Source: Macrostomum lignano (lineage: Eukaryota). Taken from it: a stretch of DNA of 64,000 nucleotides. Of the stretch, positions 1-18,324 are shown one piece after another. Numbering within the stretch: position 1 is the first letter of the stretch; each line of letters begins with the position of its first letter. The notes under the pieces are model-generated. The model worked only from the letters and a program-made list of their open reading frames with translations. It searched no databases and was not told the origin of the DNA. The DNA lies in the NCBI GenBank assembly GCA_002269645.1, contig NIVC01002402.1, forward strand, positions 56,132 to 120,131. The letters are read 5' to 3'. A program made the translations under genes and the position numbers.

Positions 1-624
1 TCCTGCTTCACATTAAAGGGCGAGTTTGAAACCCATTTGCACTCTGTGTGTGAACTGCTTTCCAGAGTACAATTTCATCTGCACAACTAGCCACTTTCCC
101 ATGCACTGACGCCACACATCTTATTTTGTGCTCTTTTCCATGAACGGTAACAGTCGGATGGGTACAGCTTGCAAACACCCGAGCCCTTGGGCATTAGAGA
201 ACCAGTTCTCAGACAGGCAAAGCTGTCATGTACTTCTAAGTGTAACAATTGCTTGCACAGCACTGATTGAAACTGTATTTGACCAAAACGGAGTTGAGGC
301 ACATCGAACTTGTAGCCAGCCGAGAACCGAACGACACAAAAATTTCTCATGATGCAAGATAAACAAAAAAGAAGGTGCTGAACGGCTTGCGCAAATATTG
401 GTACATTAAGGATAGGAAAATGTGCAAGTGAATGTTTTACGAAACAAGCTGTGAAACATGCCAGCAGTGAAGCCAGGATTGAATATGATCGAACGCACAC
501 TGTAAAGCTGATTGTGTGCTTGAATTTGAACAGCCTTTGAGTAGAAAATTCTTATTAAAAAGCCAATCAATTCAGACAAGCTGTAAATTATAAATTTTTG
601 CGATTTTCCGGCATGGAATGAGTG

Positions 625-905
625 GGAGGGAGCGGAGAGGGGGAGCGGTGAGGGGGAGCGGTGAGGGAGAGCGGTGAGGGGGAGCGGTGAGGGAGAGAGG
701 AGAGGGTGAGAGGAGAGGGGGAGCGGAGAGGGAGAGCGGTGAGGGGGAGCGGTGAGGGAGAGCGGTGAGGGGGAGCGGTGAGGGAGAGCGGTGAGGGGGA
801 GCGGAGAGGGGGAGAAGATAGGCAGAGTGGAGAGAGAGAGAGCGGAGAGGGAGAAAGGAGAGGGGGGCGGTGAGAGGGAGTGATGAGGGTTAGGGTTAGG
901 TTAGG
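625..905 (+). repeat. G-rich tandem repeat (GGGAGCGGTGA-like units) ending in a few TTAGGG units
   Basis: Repeated gggagcggtga/gagagcggtga units 625-870; gggttagggttagggttagg at about 886-905. Confidence 0.9.
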
Positions 906-1046
906 TCAGTTTAAGCAATCAAGATCAGCAATCAGTTGTCAGCAACCAAAAGCCAGCAGCTGCATGCAGAGCAGAGCACATACAGCTATAATAGGTTATC
1001 AGGTTAACTTTTTTAGTTATAAAAATTAGCTGCCGCTTTCAGTCGC

Positions 1047-3472
<2,426 letters not shown>

Positions 3473-4199
3473 CCGCTGGGGAGGCGAGGCGAGACGGAGT
3501 CCCGGTTTCTTTCATCAGAGACGTTGATGAGTAAAATTGAGTGAGCAATATGAAATATAATGAAGAACAAAAAATGTTAAACCCATGATTTCAGCTTGAC
3601 AATTACCTTCTTTAAATACATTGGGGTTTTAATGTTGCTTCAAAAAACGTCTTTTTCCACGCGAATTTAAATGTTTTTTAATTTACAAAAAAGCGGTTTG
3701 ACAGCTGCAGAAGCTTTTCAATCAAGATTTGGCACCAGCTTTTTTGCCTGGTTGGCCAATTAGCCAATTAGCGGTCTGTTATTCGAACATGAGAGAGAGG
3801 TGAGAGAGGTGAGAGAGGTGAGAAATACGATAAGAGCAGAATTTGGCTTACCGGCCTCGAGTGGGCAGCACAGGAAGGAAGCAGGCTGGCTGAGGCGGGG
3901 TCGGTGGGGTCCAGGACTGCAGGCTCGCTTTGAGGCCCCTCGTGCCCCGAGCGGCGACCGGCTGCAGGCTTTTATGGGCTGACCCCCCCCCCTGCCCTCA
4001 CCCCTCAGTGCCATCAACTCCAACCAATGGCGCAGGAGCACAATGTGTTTTTGACCGCTCCAAGAGCTGAGACCAGTAGCAACAGTAAACAGTACGATTC
4101 GAGAGAGTTTTACGTACAAAGACTACCAATTGTACCGAATACTATTGAAAAGTCCTTGATACATCGAATTTTATTGGATGAAACGCAATCTACCGGACT

Positions 4200-5330
4200 G
4201 GTTCTGTCCTGTCCTGTCCTGTCCTGTCCTGTCCTGTCCTGTCCTGTCCTGTCCTGTTCTGTCCTGCCCCTGTCCTGTCCTGTCCTGCCCCTGTACTGTC
4301 CTATCCTGTCCTGTCCTGTCCTGTCCTGTCCTGTCCCTGTCCTGTCCTGTACTGTCCTGTCCTGTACTGTCCTATCCTGTCCTGTCCTGTCCTGTTCTGT
4401 CCTGTCCTGTCCTGTCCTGTCCTGCCCCTGTACTGTCCTGTCCTATCCTATCCTGTAATGTCCTGTCCTGTCCTGTTTTGTCCTGTCCTGTCCTGTCCTG
4501 CCCCTGTCCTGTCCTGTCCTGTCCTGTCCTGTCCTGTCCTGTCCTGTTCTGTCCTGCCCCTGTCCTGTCCTGTCCTGCCCTGTACTGTCCTGTCCTGTCC
4601 TGTCCTGTCCTGTCCTGTCCTGTCCTGTCCTGTCCTGCCCCTGTCCTGTTCTGTCATGCCCCTGTCCTATCCTGTCCTGTCCTGTCCTATCCTATCCTGT
4701 CCTGTCCTGTCCTGTCCATTCCTGTCCTGTCCTGTCCTGTCCATTCCTGTCCTGTCCTGTCCTGTCCATTCCTGTCCTGTCCTGTCCTGTCCATTCCTGT
4801 CCTGTCCTGTCCTGCCCAGTTCTGTCCTGTCCTCTCCTCTCCTATCCTATCCTATCCTATCCTATCCTATCCTGTCCTGTCCTGTCCTGTCCTGTCCTGT
4901 CCTGTCCTGTCCTGCCCCTGTCCTGTTCTGTCATGCCCCTGTCCTATCCTGTCCTGTCCTGTCCTATCCTATCCTGTCCTGTCCTGTCCATTCCTGTCCT
5001 GTCCTGTCCATTCCTGTCCTGTCCTGTCCTGTCCATTCCTGTCCTGTCCTGTCCTGTCCATTCCTGTCCTGTCCTGTCCTGCCCAGTTCTGTCCTGTCCT
5101 CTCCTCTCCTATCCTATCCTATCCTATCCTATCCTATCCTATCCTATCCTGTCCTATCCTGTCCTATCCTATCCTATCCTATCCTATCCTATCCTATCCT
5201 ATCCTATCCTATCCTATCCTATCCTATCCTATCCTGTCCTATCCTATCCTATCCTATCCTATCCTATCCTATCCTATCCTATCCTATCCTATCCTGTCCT
5301 ATCCTATCCTATCCTATCCTTGTCCTGTCC
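4200..5330 (+). repeat. (TCCTG)n/(TCCTA)n pentanucleotide array
   Basis: Direct inspection; shifts from TCCTG to TCCTA units toward the right end. Confidence 0.97.
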
Positions 5331-5794
5331 TTACTTGACGTAGCTGATGTACTCCATCAAGTCCGGTTCGGGCTGCATACTGCCATGGCCTTCGCTGCAA
5401 GCAGATTTCGCACTGCTGAGATATCAACCACTCGATTAAACATTAAATTCACTGCAGAGCTGAAAGCACTGCTTACCCCCGCTTCGCCCTCCCCCAGTCT
5501 CTGGCGCATTTGGCTGGCTTGCTTTCGTCAGTCTAGACAACAATTAGAGCAATTAGGGCTCATATGGAGGGTCTCAGTGAAAGCGAGAGTGTGTATCGCC
5601 ACAATGGCAGCAATGTTCTCACATGTCGCCCATGCCGTCTCAAAGGAGCTCGGCGGCTCCCCCTCCCTACTCCAATTATTTTCCTGGCTGCTGCAGAAAA
5701 GCCTCATCTTAACTTTAAATTGCTTTCCCACGTCCGCCCAGATGAAAGGCACGAACAGGGGCGGGGCCGCTGTGCTCCATCGAGTTTCCCAGCT

Positions 5795-5798
<4 letters not shown>

Positions 5799-5878
<80 letters not shown>
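5799..5878 (+). repeat. (GA)n microsatellite
   Basis: About 40 AG units. Confidence 0.98.
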
Positions 5879-5882
<4 letters not shown>

Positions 5883-6216
5883 CTTTGCAACAGAAACAAG
5901 TTTTCACTTTCAGGCAAGGGCTATTAAATAAGTCTAAAAGCAAAGTTTAACGAGCGCTTATGATGCGCCATAAGTGGCAGGATAAACAGAAGCAGCAATG
6001 CGTTATTATGGATGCCTGCCTCTGCAGGGTAAGAACTTGTTTCAACTGGATTTGAGTAGAGATAAATGCAAACATGCCGCAGCGAAAATTTACATAATCA
6101 CTCAACAACAAATTAATGTATGAGTAGTCTGACGGACAGTCAATAACTCAGTTCCCCGCAGAGCTTTGACCTTCAATGTAGCTTTGACCTTCATTGTGTG
6201 TATCCAAGACCGTTCC

Positions 6217-6787
6217 TGTGCATCCCTAAGCATTCCAATGCATCCCTGAACATTCCAGTGCATCCCTGAACATTCCAGTGCATCCCTGAACATTCCAGTG
6301 CATCCCTGAACATTCCAATGCATCCCTGAATACATCCCTGAACATTCCAGTGCATCCCTGAACATTCCAATGCATCCCTGAATGCATCCCTGAACATTCC
6401 AGTGCATCCCTGAACACTCCAATGCATCCCTGAACATTCCAATACATCCCTGAACATTCCAATACACCCCTCAACATTCCAATACATGCCTGAACATTCA
6501 AATACATCCCTGAACATTCCAATGCATCCCTGAATATTCCAATACATCCCTGAACATTCCAATGCATCCCTGAACATTCCAATACATCCCTGAACATTCC
6601 AATACATCCTTGGACATTCTAATACATCCCTGAACATTCGAATACATCCCTGAACATTCGAATACATCCCTGAACATTCCAATACATCCCTGAACATTCC
6701 AATACATCCCTGAAAATTCCAATGCATCCCTGAACATTCCAATACATCCCTGAACATTCCAATACATCCCTGAACATTCCAATACAT
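6217..6787 (+). repeat. 20-bp minisatellite (CATCCCTGAACATTCCAAT[A/G])n
   Basis: About 28 units seen directly. Confidence 0.95.
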
Positions 6788-6820
6788 GCCTGCATCGCAT
6801 TTCTGCCGCTCCCCCAGCCC

Positions 6821-7408
6821 TCACTTATAGTGGTAGCGGTCCAGGCGCAGGTGCCGCATGAAGCCGTGGCAGCAGGCGCCCAGCAGCGATGGAAACACGG
6901 CGGGCAGGGCGAAGGCCAGCAGCAGCAGCAGCACCGAGCAGCAGCCGGAGAGCCACATGGAGAACCAGGGCTCCGTGACGGGGCTCTGCCGCAGCAGCAT
7001 GGGCGCGGTCAGCCCGAACAGGAACATCCCGATAGACAGGACGGCGCCGTGGCACAGCAGCAGCACCGCCAGCTGTGCCGACCGGCTCGGAATCAGCCGG
7101 CGCCTGCGACGGGCCGGACCGCCGCTCTCCTCTGCAGGCTCGGACTGTGGCGGGTGCACCTGGTCGCGCTTCCTGGCGCTCTCGCAGGCGTCCTCGAGGC
7201 TGCCGTGCTGCCGGCTGACGCTGAAAAGGTCGGTCATCGTCACGTCTCGGCGGGCGATGAACTTCAACAGTAGGCTGGAGGCGTAGGACTCCACGGAGGA
7301 GGTGCCGTTCCTGTTCAGGCCAATGATCTCCCGCTGCTGCTGCAGCATGTCGCTGCGCATCCGGGTGCCGCGGGATGAGGACACCTGCGACCGGCGTTGC
7401 GGCTTCAT
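6821..7408 (-). CDS. Hypothetical 195-aa membrane protein, single exon, two C-terminal TM helices
   Basis: GC-rich ORF, ATG to stop; hydrophobic segments LAVLLLCHGAVLSIGMFLFGLTA and WFSMWLSGCCSVLLLLLAFALPAVF. No family recognised. Confidence 0.65.
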   Translation of the reverse strand: MKPQRRSQVSSSRGTRMRSDMLQQQREIIGLNRNGTSSVESYASSLLLKFIARRDVTMTDLFSVSRQHGSLEDACESARKRDQVHPPQSEPAEESGGPARRRRRLIPSRSAQLAVLLLCHGAVLSIGMFLFGLTAPMLLRQSPVTEPWFSMWLSGCCSVLLLLLAFALPAVFPSLLGACCHGFMRHLRLDRYHYK

Positions 7409-7654
7409 GTTTCGGGCTGATGATAGCAGAGCTTGTTGTGCGATTCTGGTCAGTGCTGCTGCATCATGAGAAATGGCTGGGTAGATCGGCTTTTGTAAAG
7501 CCGAGTCTTAACCATAGACAACCAACCAACAAGTATAACAACTCATGACAAAAAAATTTTACCTCAAGGTTAATTGGTTGAGATTGTGATGCTTTGCCAG
7601 TATCTTTGTCTAGTGCTTGACAAATTATTAATTTTTTTATGAAGAATTTGATGC

Positions 7655-8897
7655 TGAATGAATGTTCAGGATTCTTATTGAATGTTCGAGATGCTTAATG
7701 AATGTTCAAGATGCTTAATGAATGTTCGAGATGCTTAGTGAATGTTCGAGATGCTTAATGAATGTTCGAGATGCTTAATGAATGTTTAAGATGCTTAATG
7801 AATGTTCGAGATGCTTAGTGAATGTTCGAGATGCTTAATGAATGTTCGAGATGCTTAATGAATGTTTAAGATGCTTAATGAATGTTCGAGATGCTTAATG
7901 AATGTTCGAGATGCTTAATGAATGTTAGGGATGCTTAATGAATGTTCGAGATGTTTAATGAATGTTCGAGATGCTTAATGAATGTTCGAGATGCTTAATG
8001 AATGTTCGAGATGCTTAATGAATGTTCGAGATGCTTAATGAATGTTCGAGATGCTTAATGAATGTTCGAGATGCTTAATGAATGTTTGAGATGCTTAATG
8101 AATGTTAGGGATGCTTAATGAATGTTAGAGATGCTTAATGAATGTTTGAGATGCTTAATGAATGTTAGGGATGCTTAATGAATGTTCGAGATGCTTAATG
8201 AATGTTCGAGATGCTTAATGAATGTTAGGGATGCTTAATGAATGTTCGAGATGCTTAATGAATGTTCGAGATGTTTAATGAATGTTCGAGATGCTTAATG
8301 AATGTTAGGGATGCTTAATGAATGTTCGAGATGCTTAATGAATGTTTGAGATGCTTAATGAATGTTTGGGATGCTTAATGAATGTTAGGGATGCTTAATG
8401 AATGTTAGGGATGCTTAATGAATGTTAGAGATGCTTAATGAATGTTCGAGATGCTTAATGAATGTTCGAGATGCTTAATGAATGTTCGAGATGCTTAATG
8501 AATGTTAGGGATGCTTAATGAATGTTCGAGATGCTTAATGAATGTTCGAGATGCTTAATGAATGTTTGAGATGCTTAATGAATGTTAGGGATGCTTAATG
8601 AATGTTCGAGATGTTTAATGAATGTTAGAGATGCTTAATGAATGTTTGAGATGCTTAATGAATGTTAGGGATGCTTAATGAATGTTCGAGATGCTTAATG
8701 AATGTTCAGGATGCTTAATGAATGTTCGAGATGCTAAATGAATGTTCGAGATGCTTACTGAATGTTAGGGATGCTTAATGAATGTTCGAGATGCTTACTG
8801 AATGTTAGGGATGCTTAATGAATGTTCGAGATGCTTAATGAATGTTCGGGATGCTTAATGAATGTTCGGGATGCTTAATGAATGTTCAGGATGCTTA
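7655..8897 (+). repeat. 20-bp minisatellite (GAATGTTCGAGATGCTTAAT)n
   Basis: About 60 units with variants (gttaggg, gtttgag, gttcagg). Confidence 0.96.
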
Positions 8898-9093
8898 GGC
8901 ATTAAGAGGTTGCTAATTATGAATAGCAGCAATAAATACAGAAGCACTGACTCAAGAAGTCAATATAATCCATTGTAAAAGTTCAATAACTCTTATGTCG
9001 ATTTAAAATGTGCTTAAATAATTTTTGTAGCAATGCGTTCAACGGAGATACAGTATTATACAGTAAGACAGTATTATTTTCCTTCATGTCAGA

Positions 9094-9452
9094 TCAATCC
9101 ACTGTTGAAGCCGCCAAAGGTGAAATTCCTGCAATTTTGTTGGATTTAAATGATTCCAAAACAAAATCAATTGGATTTTCGGCTATTAGAACACGGATCC
9201 GAAACCAATTAAAATCTCACCGGCTTTGCTTTGCTTCTTCCAGATAAGTTTTGCTCCGGATGCGGCGCAGTCAGCCTTGTCGGACAGGACGCAGACTCCG
9301 TTGATGAAGCTGTAGGAGAGGCTGCCACCAGTTTGAGCGCATTTCAAAGCACACTCAGTGTCGCTGCGAGCGCTCACGGTGGCCGAGCTCGCAGAGCAGG
9401 GGGCGGTCGCTACGACAGAGCTGAACTCAAATGCAATCAGGTAAATGCACAA
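9094..9452 (-). CDS. PAN/apple-like domain-only paralog of the neighbouring fibrinogen-domain gene (5' end unresolved; possibly a pseudogene)
   Basis: AFEFSSVVATAPCSASSATVSARSDTECALKCAQTGGSLSYSFINGVCVLSDKADCAAS aligns closely with the N-terminal exon of the 11232-12423 gene. Donor G|gtgag at 9221; terminal exon 9128..9094 (GISPLAASTVD*). Confidence 0.6.
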
Positions 9453-9884
9453 ATATTCTCAATTTGGGAGCTCACCTTGACTATCCGTGATTACAGGGAA
9501 AACTTACACACTGAGAACTGCAGTCAGAGTGATGTTGCCGCGAGTAGCTCTACAGCTCGGATCGATGACTGCTAGCTCAGTTATTTCAATTTTCATCTGG
9601 TTTTTTGTTTTATACTTTGTATTATTTATTTCCGCATGTGCTCTGTTCGTTTTTATGAAGATTTGCATGTCACGCATTCGTTCTGCGCGCGCTCCATGCG
9701 CTGTTGTGAGCAACAGGCTTTCATGCAGTCAGATTTTTAGGCCTTTTTCTGCGAGTCCCGTCAGGAGTTGCAACTGTCAATCAAATCAGGCCAGTCCTGG
9801 TTGAGCCAGAGATCAGTAGCTTGAGCAACCTCTAGCCCTCTGTATTGATGGACTGAATTGTCTAAGTTAAAAATACAGATCCTA

Positions 9885-10750
9885 GCGCCCTCCCTCACTC
9901 TGAGATAGTCGCCCTCCCTCACTCCAGAGAGAATCGCCCTCCCTCACTCCAGAGAGAATCGCCCTCCCTCACTCCAGAGAGAATCGCCCTCCCTCACTCC
10001 AGAGAGAATCGCCCTCCCTCACTCCAGAGAGAATCGCCCTCCCTCACTCCAGAGAGAATCGCCCTCCCTCACTCCAGAGAGAATCGCCCTCCCTCACTCC
10101 AGAGAGAATCGCCCTCCCTCACTCCAGAGAGAATCGCCCTCCCTCACTCCAGAGAGAATCGCCCTCCCTCACTCCAGAGAGAATCACCCTCCCTCACTCC
10201 AGAGAGAATCGCCCTCCCTCACACTGAGAGAGAATCGCCCTCCCTCACTCCAGAGAGAATCGCCCTCCCTCACACTGAGAGAGAATCACCCTCCCTCACT
10301 CCAGAGAGAATCACCCTCCCTCACTCCAGAGAGAATCGCCCTCCCTCACTCCAGAGAGAATCGCCCTCCCTCACTCCAGAGAGAATCGCCCTCCCTCACT
10401 CCAGAGAGAATCGCCCTCCCTCACACTGAGAGAGAATCGCCCTCCCTCACTCCAGAGAGAATCGCCCTCCCTCACTCCAGAGAGAATCACCCTCCCTCAC
10501 TCCAGAGAGAATCGCCCTCCCTCACTCCAGAGAGAATCGCCTTCCCTCACTCCAGAGAGAATCGCCCTCTCTCACTCCAGAGAGAATCGCCCTCCCTCAC
10601 TCCAGATAGAGAATCGCCCTCCCTCACTCCAGAGAGAATCGCCCTCCCTCACTCCAGAGAGAATCGCCCTCTCTCACTCCAGAGAGAATCGCCCTCCCTC
10701 ACACTGAGAGAGAATCGCCCTCCCTCACTCCAGATAGAGAATCGCCCTCC
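9885..10750 (+). repeat. 25-bp minisatellite (AATCGCCCTCCCTCACTCCAGAGAG)n
   Basis: Direct inspection. Confidence 0.96.
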
Positions 10751-11231
10751 CCCCATTTCCACTCACTCCCACCTCCAAGGCAGAGTGAGTGTACATGCCT
10801 GATGAATATAAAGCCAGAGCCACTGTCTGTAAATCCTGCCAGAGTGTGAGTACGTGCCCACAGTATCCACACGGTTGCAGCTCGCATGTGCTCAGGGGTC
10901 AGTGGAATGGGCAGAATTGCCTCAGCTCTGGTTGTGTGACAATGTCCCGCAAAAGACGTTTCGGCATGGTGCCCGCCGCTCTCCTGCCAATATTTATTGT
11001 ATCAAATTTCAGTACACTAATTAGTACAGTTGAATTTATTTTGATCGGCTGTTGCAAAAAGCGTTAAGATAATGGCTTCTTCATTCAAAACAATTCCCAA
11101 GGCTCATTTCGACAAGCTGTTGCATAAGTAAGCTGCATATTTCACTGTGATCAATCAAATAAAGAGGCAGGTCGGAGTTTCAACTCAAAAGCAATCGTCC
11201 CTCGATCTCTCAAGGCTCGATCAACGCGGCT

Positions 11232-12423
11232 TCATCCCTGCAGCATCATCCGCATCGCCCGCAGAGCCTTGTAGCCTCCGATGCAAGACGAGGCCATTTG
11301 GGAAGAGCTGGACGTCTCAGTTGAGTACACACCGTTTGGGTTGGAGTTCATGCAAGCTTCCCACCAGTAGCCGCCGCCCCCATACTTGGTGCAGCAACTG
11401 TAAGAAGCACCGTCGTTGTCCTTGTCGAAGGTGGAGAACTGCTGGCCCCGAGCCCTGGACAAGAAGTCACAGTTGGTGGTGGAGTTGGCGCTAACGAAGC
11501 TGTTGTAGTTCATCCTGTAGTTCGTGCCGGAGTCCCCGATGGTGAAGTTGAGCCACTCGAACACGTAGAACTCGCCGATTGCAGTGTAAATCTCGATTCG
11601 CAAGTTGCTGACTTGGGCCAAAGTGTAGCTGTGGATTTGTTCAAGTCCTGCCAAGAACAAAGATTCTCTTCATTTTCCACTGCTTTCTTAGAAGTTTACC
11701 GAAGAAGGTCTTTAAAAAAGTCGAACTCGCCAACCCAAAACTCGGTGGCGTTCCCAAACCCGGCAACGTAGTCATCCCAGCTCCTGTTGAAGGCGATCTG
11801 GCCCGTCTGTCGCTGCTGGAATACCCAGAATGTCCGGCCGCCGATCTGCTGCTGGTATCCGGGACTCAGTATGGGGAAGCTGGGGATTTGAGCACTTGTC
11901 GTCATCCCGGGAGCTGCGCTACTCGAGCTCTCCGTTGGTATTGGAACTGCATGTAAAGTTAGTTTTTGTACTGTTTTGAATCAACGAATACAAAATCAAA
12001 TCAGCATCGATACGTTCGACTCCGAAGATATAAATTTGGCTATTGAAGCTACTGAAGCAGAGCGCAAACCCACCCCCGTCCAATTGCTTCCGGTACACTG
12101 ACGCAGCATCGGATGCGGCGCAGTCGGCGCTGTCGAACAGGACGCAGACTCCGTTGATGAAGCTGTAGGAGAGACGGCTGCCAGCTTGAGCGCATTTCAC
12201 AGCGCACTCGATGTCACTGCGAGAGCTCACAGTGACCGAACTGGCAGCACAGGAGGCGTTCGAAGCGATCACGTCGAACTCGAAGGCTGCTGTTGGGCGT
12301 AGAGCAAAATGGTTGACTTTCTTGCAAGAATTCGGCAAATCGAGCTAATTTAAGTCTGGACTCACCCTGAGCAGCCGCCAGCGCAGCTACAAACTGAAGA
12401 CCCAGAATCGCTTTAAACAACAT
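11232..12423 (-). CDS. Secreted fibrinogen-related-domain (FReD) protein with N-terminal PAN/apple-like domain; exons 12423-12366, ~12320-12074, 11946-11731, 11647-11232
   Basis: Signal peptide MLFKAILGLQFVAALAAAQG; PAN-like Cys pattern; FReD motifs FQQR..GQIAFNRSWDDYVAGFG, EFWVGLEQIH, FSTFDKDND, GGGYWWEAC, NPNGVY. Phases of exons 1, 3 and 4 are consistent; the exon 2 acceptor is not pinned down. Confidence 0.9.
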
Positions 12424-13302
12424 CACTGACTGCATTTGCATTTTATTAGTTTTCTGCTCGGCTTTGAAATTCCCCCTCTAAGCTGAGCTGCTTTAAATAG
12501 ACTCCGCAAAGCTGCGGCGGGTGGTTACTAAAGTAAATAACGGTTGCTAAGGCCTGACCGGCTTTGTTGGCAGTGAAAGCAAGCTGCTGGCGAAGTCCCG
12601 GTCACAGTGGCAGGACTTTCCACAGAGAAAAAGGTGAAATGAAGTTCACAGAAAAAACATTTGCTGTAGCTGTGTGCGGAGACCACTCTCTGACTTGCAA
12701 GTGAAATTCGTTTGCGCAAACAGAGCAGGGGAAAATGAAAATTTGAATTGGGTAGCAGACTTCTACAGGAACAGGGTCTCGGACAAGAGACTGGGGTCCC
12801 GTACAGGAACATTGGGTGTCTCATTTTGCAGGACAGGAATGTCTCGTACAGGAAGGGGTGTCTCGTCTCGCAGTTCTGGAATGTCTCGTACAGGAAGGGG
12901 TGTCTCGTATCGCAGGAACGGGGTGCCTAGATCTATAGCGCTGAACCCTGATTATTATTCCCAATGGAAGGCAGAGTAAATCAATAATGAAAAATGTAAA
13001 ACAGTTAAGCAAAGCGCAAGGCAAATTTATTTCTTTCCATTAGTCCGCAGTCAGCGCCGTGAGCGCGGCATTCTTGTAAGCATAAAAATCTAATTTTGTA
13101 AAAACAGGCACCGACGGTAAAATTAAACTCTGTAGCGCAGTCTGTCATCGGCATCAAAGTATTTCTAGGCTTTGAGAAAAATATAGAAGAGAAGGCCGTT
13201 CATACGATGCTCAAGACAACTTGAGCAGATTGACAAGATGCTCGAAATTATAAATTCATGGTAAGCGTCCAACTGAAGGCGGCAAACGAAGGCTCCGAGG
13301 GT

Positions 13303-16238
<2,936 letters not shown>

Positions 16239-18324
16239 GCTTTAATTCAAGTTACTTTTAAGTTTTCAATGGCTGCGCTTTTGCTTTCTGGGTGTTCTTC
16301 GTTTATACTCGTAAATTAATTTGAGCATTTTTTAGAAATCGATTGAATAGCAGTTAGTTCTGAGAAGTGTCTGTGGCCAAGCCCGGTCCCGGTTTTGAAA
16401 GCTTTAATTTAAACATCAAGAAAGAAATCGCGCATGTTGTCTTTTTACTTCATTAAATGTTCCAATTGGATGCTCTCTTAGCTGCTGGCTGCTCATCAGA
16501 TTCCTTAAGAGCACTCGAGCTGGAGTAATACGTTACGAGCTACAACGACTAGTAGAATAGTATAAATCTTTCACAAATAGTCAGCTATGTTGTTTTTTAT
16601 CGACATAACGTAAATTGGCTTACAACTTAAAATAGTAAGTATCTAGCATTTTATTAAGATTTCTGGCTCAAAAGCCGCTTAGTAATTCTTTTTTATGCAC
16701 AACACATTAATAAAAGAAGCACCATGTCAAACATATACATGACTCCATGTCAAACATTCAAGAGACACCATGTCGAACATAGAGCAGAAAATTTACGGTA
16801 CAGACAACCTGCTCAAAGCTTTGATTTCATTTCTTTCATCCCTAGGCCTAAATCGACATTCTTGTGACTTGTTGTGACATTGTCTGTCATAAGGCGAATT
16901 TAAGTAAATGAGCTAATTTACACGAGCGTATTGCCGTATTCGCGAGTAAAAAGCTTGGTCGAGAGCTGGACAAGACTGTCAGAGTTGTGTGCGCGCGCGT
17001 CAATTTATAGAACTATGCAAGCTCAACCTAAGGTTGGTCGCGTGAAACACACACAAAGCATCGTACAACAACTATTGATAAAATATTCAGCCTTTGACGT
17101 CACCCGTGTACAGTTTTGCTGGAATATATCACAAATAAGTGCAGCAAAAAGGGTCAGATATCATGATACGACATACTACTACTACGTGAATAACGAGAGC
17201 AGCGTAGTATCGCGCGGCCAGAATCTATAGACAACTTTTCGCAGTTTTTTTAACTCAAGCAAACAGTTCACTTTATTTAAAGTTTATTACAACAGTTACA
17301 ATGTTGAGGATACATCTTCCAAATACTTTATTTAATTTATTACTACGTTTACATTTTTTTAGCACAGAATGTTTTATGTAGGCCCCTACTCGTTCCATCC
17401 AATTATTAAAGTTTACACTATTAGTATTGTAAAATAGGCCTATGTTTAATCCTATAGGTTATATATAAAACTAAAAATGGTATAAATTACAATAGAAGTC
17501 GGGTTGCTTATAGCTAAGTTTTTGAATCTATTGAATTTATCATAGTCATAATACCTAATATGCTTTTAAAGTGTTACTGACACTGACAGCAGCTAAGTAA
17601 TACTGTATTACTCTTTTGGCCTCTGTTTGCTTTTAACCAATTTATATGAAAATGTTTTAGTGTCTGGTGGAAGAAAAAAACTTCGTAGGCCTAGCAAATA
17701 TAACTACTAAATTAAAAAAATTTTTAATCTAGTAATTTTTTTCTGTTTTTTAGAAAGAATCGTTTAATAAATGATATTATAATATTCCTTTATAGCTATA
17801 GTCTAAATGGTTATTTTTCTAATTTGTTGGCGCATGACCATGATTGCCACAAACTAAGAAGATGGCCACAGCTCTGAATGGCTGCATCGATAGAAGTAGG
17901 TCTATATATTTCCTCATTTCCTATTGGCTATAATAAGGTCAGGTCATAGAATATACATAGAATGGCAAATTGGCAGTTCTCTATGAAAGTGAAAATAAAT
18001 GCACTTGCACTACTAATGTTGTGAAGCTGATAAATAGCTGTGATTTTTTAAATGCAAAGTTGAATATAAAAATTGAGCTCAAGACAGCCTTTGAAAGCTT
18101 TGAGTCATCATTTTGATGCTGCAGATAAATGCTATGCTATCATTGTAATTAATTTGTTTATAATGGTGTGTACGCAAAGTCATGAGCAGTAGTAACAACT
18201 GTTATAACCTCATTGCCATATATATATAAGCTAAAAAATGAAAGTAACAAACATATAACAATAGGTTAAGTTTTAGCCCTGCACGCAAGGCAGGAAATGC
18301 TAGGCGCAACAGAAATTGCAAATC

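Noticed and set aside
886-905. TTAGGG run as a telomere
   Set aside because: Only 3-4 units, internal, with unique sequence on both sides.
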